A DNA stretch of 58,872 bases from an uncultured Bacteroidales bacterium. GTDB taxonomy: Bacteria > Bacteroidota > Bacteroidia > Bacteroidales > UBA7960. The notes under the pieces are model-generated. The model searched no databases. It was not told where the DNA came from and was given only the letters and a program-made list of their open reading frames with translations. The translations under genes and the position numbers were made by a program. The DNA is taken from the NCBI GenBank assembly GCA_964390665.1, contig CAYMLS010000001.1:1-58872 (forward strand), in the 5' to 3' direction. Below, piece after piece: positions 26,864 through 33,764 of this stretch; within the stretch, counting starts at the first letter, position 1, and every line of letters begins with the position of its first letter.

Positions 26864-27014
26864 TTCATCTGTTTAAAATTTGATTAATTCGGTTCTCGTT
26901 TTTTCAACGAGAGAGCTCGCCAACAGGCTGACTGCATGTTTTACCATGCCACGAATGATAATCATGCGCGTGTGTGTTAAAAATTTTGTCGTAACTCGGT
27001 TCATCCTTTTAAAA
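26864..27014 (-). repeat. Conserved intergenic element, copy A (upstream of SusC)
   Basis: Near-identical to copies E and D over most of its length. Flanked by the direct repeats TTCATCTGTTTAAAA (26864-26878) and TTCATCCTTTTAAAA (27000-27014). Confidence 0.8.
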
Positions 27015-27164
27015 CACATGAAATACCGCATATTTTCATTATACCTTCAAATGGTACTGAGGTTTCAAAAAATCGGAGGTTTTGTAAAAGGAAAAACAGA
27101 ATAAAAGCGAAACCCTTCGTTCAGATTTGATCAGAATACCTTTGATCGAATAAAAGAGTATTTA

Positions 27165-27200
27165 CAAAAAGACCCCGGAGAAGGATAAAATCTCCGGGGT
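27165..27200 (-). terminator. Intrinsic terminator after the propeller lipoprotein gene
   Basis: On the minus strand ACCCCGGAGA-ttttatcct-TCTCCGGGGT is followed by CTTTTTGT. It separates the upstream genes from the SusC unit. Confidence 0.7.
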
Positions 27201-27267
27201 TCTGATTTTTAATCCCAAAAAGAAAAATCAATTGTGTAAGGTAAATGACAAAAAAACCTACCATCAA

Positions 27268-28338
27268 CTATTCATGATGCTGATAGTTGGTAAATCCGGA
27301 ACCGTCGAAATGAGATACACCATTATCAGTTCCAAACCAGATAGACCCATCAAGGTCAACAGCAACTGATAATATCGTATTGGCAACCAATCCGTCGGCA
27401 GTAGTATAATTGGTGAATGTTGTACCATCAAATGAGGATATTCCATCAGGGGTACCAAACCACATATTTCCATCATTATCTTTGGTGATACAGTTGACCG
27501 TATTACTGATCAAACCATCAGATTCAAAGTATAATGTCCAGTTATCTTTCGCTTTTGTACCAGTATGCTTGGCAACTCCCTCATCAGATCCATACCACTG
27601 GTCAGAACCATCGGTAAAAACGGCAAGAATATTCATAGAAGGTAAGCTGCTCCAGGGGTGTTCATAAGGTGATGCACCAGAGATGGCATCAGCAGTGGCA
27701 TCCACCATACGAGCAACGCCACCGCCCATGGTACCAATGTAAACAGTATCGTTGGAATAATCGATAGAAGTAACCCTGTTATTTTGAAAAAAATCGGGTG
27801 CATAATTATTTCCAAAAACAATTTCCGGCCAGGTATCACCCATAAAAACAGAAATCCCTTCCTGGGTTCCGAACCATCTGAAGTTATTGCCATCCACCTT
27901 CACTACAAAAACACTATCGCCTTTCAGCACAGCATCTCCGGGGAAAAGATCATTTACATTGCCCGTATGATAGCGGGTTGCGCCCGATGTAGCATCAACA
28001 GGCAAGCTCACCACATTAACTCCTTCATCGGTGGCCAGCCAAAATTCTGGTCCATAAGCGGTAAGTTCGAAATCCATATCATTGATGGTACCTGTCTCTA
28101 CTTTAGGGTTTTCATTGTAAACCATCCATTCCTGTCCGTCGAAGGCAGCCAAACCATTATTCGTGGCAAAATACCTTAATCCATCATCCGTAATATAAAT
28201 GGCATTCACCTGGTTGCCAGGCAATCCGTTTACTTCATCTCCATCACCATTGCCGTTGTTTCCGTTGTTTTCGTCGCAACCGGCAAAGGCAAAGAATAAA
28301 ACAAACATTGATAAAATAAATGTGCTTTTTTTAATCAT
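27268..28338 (-). CDS. Lipoprotein with two-component-regulator-propeller (Reg_prop)-like beta-propeller repeats
   Basis: Internal ATG of track ORF 27268..28392. Lipobox FFAFAGCDEN plus a Gly/Asn/Asp linker. Repeated WFGTxxG(I/V)SxFDGxxFTNY blades. Confidence 0.75.
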   Translation of the reverse strand: MIKKSTFILSMFVLFFAFAGCDENNGNNGNGDGDEVNGLPGNQVNAIYITDDGLRYFATNNGLAAFDGQEWMVYNENPKVETGTINDMDFELTAYGPEFWLATDEGVNVVSLPVDATSGATRYHTGNVNDLFPGDAVLKGDSVFVVKVDGNNFRWFGTQEGISVFMGDTWPEIVFGNNYAPDFFQNNRVTSIDYSNDTVYIGTMGGGVARMVDATADAISGASPYEHPWSSLPSMNILAVFTDGSDQWYGSDEGVAKHTGTKAKDNWTLYFESDGLISNTVNCITKDNDGNMWFGTPDGISSFDGTTFTNYTTADGLVANTILSVAVDLDGSIWFGTDNGVSHFDGSGFTNYQHHE

Positions 28339-28345
28339 ATCTTTA

Positions 28346-30370
28346 TTATTTAACATGTTGAATTTTGAAATTTTTTGTAAACAATCCTTCATGGGTATTC
28401 AATTGCAACCTGATCATGTAAAATCCGTCTTTTAAATTCGTATTGTGAGCATTCCATGCTATACTGTGCGAACCTTCAGAAAAATGATTTTCTGTGATCT
28501 TTGAAACAATCCTTCCCTGCATATCGAAAACAACAAGGCTTACATCGCCTGGTTGTTGCATATCAAACTGAAGATTTAGCTGATCATTGAAAGGATTGGG
28601 ATAGGCGGATAATTGAACAGGAACGTCCTCATGGAGATTTTCCACAGAAACCGGATCGGCATTGCCATCTGTGGTTACCAGTTCGATACCCTCTCCGGTG
28701 CCCAGGTTTCTGGAATATTGTCTGTCGGTGGCATTATTCCAATGCTCGTGGACACCGAGACTGGTTAAAGCACCTTCTCCATCAGGATTGTAAGTAAAAC
28801 CTTCAGGCCATTCGGCGGGATCTGCTGCCTGATGAAGGTAGTCATCGACGCCGTACCAGTTTGGATGGTTTTCGGGTTGAAAAACACCATCAAATTCGTT
28901 GCGAAGAATGTCGAAGGCAACTGATTCGAGTGCTACCTGATCGAGTGACATAAGAATTGAATTGGCCCAATCACCATTAAAGGGATCACTGTTCCATTTC
29001 ACCGGTTGCTCCGTTTCACTGGCACCACCGCCGAAAAGACCTTCAACAATAAACAACATGGTGTTGGCACCCAGGTATTTATGCCCCATAATGTCAACCA
29101 TTACACGGTATTTGTTATATCCTTCATTGGATTGATCCCAGCCACCGTCGGAAGTTGAAACCAAAGAGGGATGCAAATGTGAGGCACCCTCACGCGTGAT
29201 AGACCCAAAATGGTTTTTGGTGCAAAGTGTAATGCCTGCCCTGATATGCGGTTTCAGACAAGCAACATTGATCATATAATCGGCATCTTCCATGATCTCG
29301 AAATATTTTTCAGAAGTTTCATCAAGAATTTCTCCACCGTCAGAATAATTCATGGAAGCATCAACAGAGGGTAAAACAAATGTGCGGTTATGTTCGTCAG
29401 TAAACTGATCAATATATTTCACATTCGGAAATTCATCATACCAGGGTTGAAAGTTATGCCCGAAAATATGTGCCATCGGATCGCCTATAGAAATATTTTC
29501 CTGTGGAACGCCCGCTTCATGAACAAGTTGCCTGAGAATATTCAGCACCACAAAAGGTCCTGTTTCTGTAGCTGCGAAATGTTTTTGTCGCCAACTGGGT
29601 TGTATGGTTCCACTGTTTGGCCAGGTAAAACCATTGGCCTGTTCTTCGTTGTTTAGTATCCATTTTGCCGTACCCTGATTAATTTTGATGAAGATCTGCT
29701 CATCATCCTGGTATCCTCTGGATTCGTTATGCTTTTTCCGGTTATGGTGAAAGAAAATCGAATCCCATACAGATGGATAGTCAGTGGAACCAGTCAGTTT
29801 TACCAGTGACTGTTCAACCATATTCCTGATCACAAGCGTATCATTGTTATGGTAATCCCAAAAGGCGTTTCCTGGCGTATTGTCACAATTCTCATCGGTG
29901 GCATCAGGATTATGTGCCCAAACCACTCTTCCCGGAAAAACACCTTGTCCAATACCCATAGGATTGTTGGCACCATCAGGGGGTTCTGCAACAACAGTGA
30001 TATTGGCAATGGCATTAGACTTATAATTGCTCACAGCAAAAAAGGCAGCAGCCATTACCACACCTGCAAAAAGTAACAAAATCGCTTTGCTGTAATGATT
30101 ATTACGTAAAAGTGTTTTGGCTTTTCGAAAAGCAAAAAAAGACCCTGTAAAAGACAACAGGTATAAAACAAAACCCGACATAAGGGGTGCAGCTGCCTGC
30201 ATACAGGGATACCCTGCTCTGGAGGGTTTGGGAAGCACCCTGATTAAAAACCAAATCGTTGCCAGCAACCCCGTTACAATAAAAATAACCTTGTAGGGTA
30301 CTTTATGGAGGAGATACTGACGAAAAGAAAAAAGTTTAGAGGCGAATGAATTTTGGTTAGACTTCATCAT
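28346..30370 (-). CDS. DUF362-domain protein with three N-terminal hydrophobic helices and a T9SS C-terminal sorting domain
   Basis: 674 aa. DUF362-type motif CLKPHIRAGITLCTKNHFGS. The C-terminus YPNPFNDQLNLQF...GRIVSKI...DGFYMIRLQL matches the Por/T9SS CTD pattern. Confidence 0.75.
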   Translation of the reverse strand: MMKSNQNSFASKLFSFRQYLLHKVPYKVIFIVTGLLATIWFLIRVLPKPSRAGYPCMQAAAPLMSGFVLYLLSFTGSFFAFRKAKTLLRNNHYSKAILLLFAGVVMAAAFFAVSNYKSNAIANITVVAEPPDGANNPMGIGQGVFPGRVVWAHNPDATDENCDNTPGNAFWDYHNNDTLVIRNMVEQSLVKLTGSTDYPSVWDSIFFHHNRKKHNESRGYQDDEQIFIKINQGTAKWILNNEEQANGFTWPNSGTIQPSWRQKHFAATETGPFVVLNILRQLVHEAGVPQENISIGDPMAHIFGHNFQPWYDEFPNVKYIDQFTDEHNRTFVLPSVDASMNYSDGGEILDETSEKYFEIMEDADYMINVACLKPHIRAGITLCTKNHFGSITREGASHLHPSLVSTSDGGWDQSNEGYNKYRVMVDIMGHKYLGANTMLFIVEGLFGGGASETEQPVKWNSDPFNGDWANSILMSLDQVALESVAFDILRNEFDGVFQPENHPNWYGVDDYLHQAADPAEWPEGFTYNPDGEGALTSLGVHEHWNNATDRQYSRNLGTGEGIELVTTDGNADPVSVENLHEDVPVQLSAYPNPFNDQLNLQFDMQQPGDVSLVVFDMQGRIVSKITENHFSEGSHSIAWNAHNTNLKDGFYMIRLQLNTHEGLFTKNFKIQHVK

Positions 30371-30408
30371 AACAGGTAATTATTTTAATGAATAAAAAAT
30401 CGATGCAA

Positions 30409-30560
30409 GTTCATCTGTTTATTATTTGATTAAAGCGGTCGCCGTTCTTTTCTTAAGAGGGAGATCGCCAAAAATACTCTGACTGCATGCCCGAGCATCC
30501 TGCGAATTATTATCATCCGCGTGCGTGTCAATGTACATTGTCATGGCTCGGTTCATTTTT
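30409..30560 (-). repeat. Conserved intergenic element, copy B (upstream of the DUF362/T9SS gene)
   Basis: All consensus modules are present, with a different hairpin sequence. Its distal end overlaps the stop codon of the preceding gene (ATGA at 30553-30556). Confidence 0.75.
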
Positions 30561-31458
30561 CTGATAGTTTTACGGTACCGAAAAAGGACGCATCCATCCA
30601 GTGGTCGTTATAATTTTCTTCAGGCACCCAAACAGACCCAAAAAAATGATCCCGATAAGGGGGTAATTCATCCTCATCGTCATTATTGCAATAAGCAACA
30701 GACAGGCCCATGATCTTTCCCGGATGAAGATTTACTACCGAAAAATCAGGGTTTTCAGAATCATAAGTATCATCATATACTGTTAAAGACAATTCCCATG
30801 TATACAAATTGCCATTTCGGCTAACGGCAAAGTCAGGGATATGATATTTGTAATTGGCAATATAATAATCAGACCAGCTCACCCCGGCGATATCAAGGGC
30901 ATTTTTATCAAACAAGGTCTCTCCATCCCGGGGTTTATCAATGGTGATATGATAAGTAAAAGCACTTTCACCATTTTTTCCCCATTGATCAATTTCATCT
31001 CCAACAGCATCAAAAACGTGCCTTTCGCCGGATCTGTTCTCATCTATGAAAATTTCAAGAATATCGTAGTCAGCATACCCATTTCCAAGTGAGGGATCAG
31101 GATCATATTCATGCCCACCAACAAATACATTGTCTGTTATTTCAACCAGAAAGTATAAAAGGTTTGTATTTTCGGACCACAACATTTTATACCTGCCATA
31201 AAAAACAGTAGAATCCACCTTCTCACCATAGGGGATCCAAACCTGATTAATCGGATACCAGGAAGACTTTCTCCATATCTTGTCGTCATGCACGCCATCG
31301 ATTTCGGGAACTTTGTCGGTATGCATTATCAATAAAGTATCGGATTTGGTAAATGACAAATGCTCCGTTGATGGCTCACTCTTATCTCCCGATAACGGAT
31401 TTTCGCACCGGAAAAATAAAAAAGATGAAAGTATGATCGCAAAATATACTCTGATCAT
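30553..31458 (-). CDS. Secreted protein, CBM9/DOMON-like carbohydrate-binding fold (tentative)
   Basis: 301 aa. Signal/lipobox FLFFRCEN. PEIDGVHDDKIWRKSSWYPI resembles CBM9-like domains. The family call is tentative. Confidence 0.6.
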   Translation of the reverse strand: MIRVYFAIILSSFLFFRCENPLSGDKSEPSTEHLSFTKSDTLLIMHTDKVPEIDGVHDDKIWRKSSWYPINQVWIPYGEKVDSTVFYGRYKMLWSENTNLLYFLVEITDNVFVGGHEYDPDPSLGNGYADYDILEIFIDENRSGERHVFDAVGDEIDQWGKNGESAFTYHITIDKPRDGETLFDKNALDIAGVSWSDYYIANYKYHIPDFAVSRNGNLYTWELSLTVYDDTYDSENPDFSVVNLHPGKIMGLSVAYCNNDDEDELPPYRDHFFGSVWVPEENYNDHWMDASFFGTVKLSEK

Positions 31459-31584
31459 GGAGAAAATTATTTTTTAAGCAAAAAGAATGTAAGCAAATTT
31501 CGGGCTCTTTTTCATCTTGCGCAATCGTTTGCCTTGCTGGGTGATTTTTTTGTTATCAAAGTAAGACATTCTTTTAGTTTTAAT

Positions 31585-31893
31585 TTACAGGGATTTACAC
31601 AAGTGAAATAAAAATATGTGATTCAAGGATGCTGTAAAAATCACATTCAAATCCGGATACCAAAAATAGTAAAAAAATATTAAGATGAAGTATTTTTCAA
31701 CAGCATTTTGCCGAAAATGTGAATTTTTTACATAGAAAAGCATGATTATACCGTTGAGAACCAATTGTATGTCGATGGAAAAAGTATCACGAAATATATT
31801 ATCAACAATAATTAGTGCCAGCAAAAAAACTCCTGCTTTTTGTGTCTTTGATAAGAAATCTTCGAAGACATGGCTTTCGTCTTGTTTTCTCAA
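31585..31893 (-). CDS. Possible small membrane protein (weak)
   Basis: 102-codon ORF with a TTG start and 3-4 hydrophobic stretches, lying between element C and the CBM9-like gene. The region is AT-rich, so it may be spurious. Confidence 0.2.
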   Translation of the reverse strand: MRKQDESHVFEDFLSKTQKAGVFLLALIIVDNIFRDTFSIDIQLVLNGIIMLFYVKNSHFRQNAVEKYFILIFFYYFWYPDLNVIFTASLNHIFLFHLCKSL

Positions 31894-31905
31894 CGAGATG
31901 ACTGA

Positions 31906-32060
31906 TTCATCTGTTTATAGTTTGATTAATTCGGTCAGATGCCTGCCCCGTTCTTTTCTTTAGGGGGAGCTTGCCAATAATGTCAGACACGTTCAAATTA
32001 GTTTCGGGTGAAATGATCATCCCTCTGAGTGTCAAAATAATTTAGAGGTTCGGTTCAAAA
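31906..32060 (-). repeat. Conserved intergenic element, copy C (most diverged full-length copy)
   Basis: Conserved ends (TTCATCTGTTTATAGTTTGATTAATTCGGT ... GATCATCC ... GTGTCAAAATAA ... GGTTCGGTTCAAAAAC). The hairpin is replaced by CCCC/GGGG. Confidence 0.65.
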
Positions 32061-32135
32061 ACGACAATAACGCAATATTTGGCATTTTCTTGCAAAGACC
32101 TTACAAAAACTAAGTATCAAAAAAAGAATCCCGGA

Positions 32136-33611
32136 TCAATAGGCCCTTGCAAACACGACCCTTTGCGAGGAAGGTTTTCCGGTAAGAATACATTTTCCAT
32201 CTTCTTTCTCACTTTGCAGAGGAATGCATCGGATGGTAGCCTTGGTTTTATCTTTGATGATTTGTTCTGTTTCGGCAGTACCATCCCAATGAGCATAAAT
32301 AAAACCACCTTTTTTATCCAGTATCTCGTTGAATTCTTCCCAGGTGTCGGCAGAAAAAGTTTTCGACAAGCGGAAATCTTTCGACTTTTGCAATAGATTT
32401 TGTTGGATTTCTGTCAATAGATCATTCACAACCTGGTCAATGGTATCAACAGCAACAACAGATTTCTCCAGCGTATCGCGTCTTGCCAGTTCCACCGTAT
32501 TGTTTTCCACATCTCTTGGTCCGATAGCAATGCGCAAAGGCACGCCCTTAAATTCGTATTCATTAAATTTCCAACCGGGTTTGTGCGTGTCTCTGTTATC
32601 AAATTTTACCCTTACACCTTTTTGTTTTAACCGATCAAATATCTGATCTCCTTTTTGGCAAACTGTTTTATATTGTTCCTCATTTTTATAAATGGGAACG
32701 ATCACTACCTGAAAAGGTGCAAGTTTTGGGGGGAGAACAAGACCATTGTCATCGGAATGCGCCATGATAAGGGCCCCCACAAGTCTGGTGGAAACGCCCC
32801 ATGAAGTGGCCCACACATAGTCAAGTTTACCATCTTTACCAGTAAATTTCACATCGAAAGCTTTGGCAAAGTTTTGTCCCAGAAAATGAGAAGTGCCTGC
32901 CTGCAGTGCTTTTCCATCCTGCATAAGTGCTTCGATACAATAAGTATCCAATGCACCGGCAAAGCGTTCATTTTCAGATTTCACCCCTTTGAGAACCGAA
33001 ACAGCCATAAAGTTTTCAGCAAAATCAGCATAAACGTCCAGCATCTTACGGGTTTCATCGAGTGCTTCCTGTTTTGTGGCATGTGCCGTATGTCCCTCCT
33101 GCCATAAAAATTCTGCGGTTCTGAGAAACATTCGGGTTCGCATTTCCCAGCGTACCACATTGGCCCATTGATTGACCAGTATAGGCAGATCTCTGTAGGA
33201 TTGCACCCAATTTCTGTAGGTATCCCAGATAATGGTTTCAGAAGTAGGTCTTATAATGAGTTCTTCTTCCAGTTTGGCGTCTTCATCCACAACAACACCA
33301 CTTCCATCCTCAGCATTTTTTAAGCGATAGTGTGTTACCACAGCACATTCTTTGGCAAAACCCTCAACGTGATCGGCCTCTTTGCTAAAAAACGATTTTG
33401 GTATGAAAATTGGAAAGTAGGCGTTGGAATGCCCGGTATCCTTGAACATTTGATCCAGTGCTGCCTGCATTTTTTCCCAGATCGCAAACCCATAGGGTTT
33501 GATCACCATACAACCCCTTACTGCCGAATTCTCGGCCAAGTCTGCTTTCTGTACAATATCATTGTACCATTTGGAATAATTTTCTGCCCGGGTTGAAAAA
33601 TCTTTTGCCAT
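32136..33611 (-). CDS. proS: Prolyl-tRNA synthetase (archaeal/eukaryote-like type)
   Basis: Internal ATG at 33611 of track ORF 32136..33674 gives [46 protein letters not shown] plus class II motifs. Confidence 0.92.
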   Translation of the reverse strand: MAKDFSTRAENYSKWYNDIVQKADLAENSAVRGCMVIKPYGFAIWEKMQAALDQMFKDTGHSNAYFPIFIPKSFFSKEADHVEGFAKECAVVTHYRLKNAEDGSGVVVDEDAKLEEELIIRPTSETIIWDTYRNWVQSYRDLPILVNQWANVVRWEMRTRMFLRTAEFLWQEGHTAHATKQEALDETRKMLDVYADFAENFMAVSVLKGVKSENERFAGALDTYCIEALMQDGKALQAGTSHFLGQNFAKAFDVKFTGKDGKLDYVWATSWGVSTRLVGALIMAHSDDNGLVLPPKLAPFQVVIVPIYKNEEQYKTVCQKGDQIFDRLKQKGVRVKFDNRDTHKPGWKFNEYEFKGVPLRIAIGPRDVENNTVELARRDTLEKSVVAVDTIDQVVNDLLTEIQQNLLQKSKDFRLSKTFSADTWEEFNEILDKKGGFIYAHWDGTAETEQIIKDKTKATIRCIPLQSEKEDGKCILTGKPSSQRVVFARAY

Positions 33612-33764
33612 ATGCTGATAATAATAGAGATTGGTATAAATTTTGTTGATTTCAATGTAAATAAGATCGGGCAAATTTAAGAAATAATTACGAACACCAT
33701 GCCTGGTAAATAAAAAGAAAATCTGAAAATATCAATCTATATCAACACCTAAGGAGGATAAATT

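Noticed and set aside
26930-26985. TTGACA ... TATCAT/TATATT-like (E. coli sigma70-type) boxes on the minus strand inside the element
   Set aside because: Spacing between the boxes varies from about 13 to 21 nt among copies. Bacteroidota primary sigma uses TTTG/TAnnTTTG rather than TTGACA/TATAAT, so this is not a credible promoter.
26880-27104. Plus-strand ORFs across the repeat elements (26880..27104, 41574..41780, 47679..47897) that share ...FSTRE(L/I)ANRLTACFTMP...
   Set aside because: The similarity only reflects nucleotide conservation of the element. The frame has no start in copy B, is stopped in copy C (..LINSVRCLPRSFL*), and the ORF tails beyond the element are unrelated. These are not treated as genes, although this frame being open shows that strand assignment of the element remains unresolved.
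32081-32099. 19-nt repeat GGC(A/G)TTTTCTTGCAAAGAC found just downstream of two minus-strand stop codons (32081-32099 after proS; 44936-44954 abutting the DUF2148 stop)
   Set aside because: There are only two copies, the repeat is short, and I found no convincing hairpin or promoter geometry. Related CTTGCAAAG strings occur elsewhere (17131, 58748). Noted, but too little evidence for a function.
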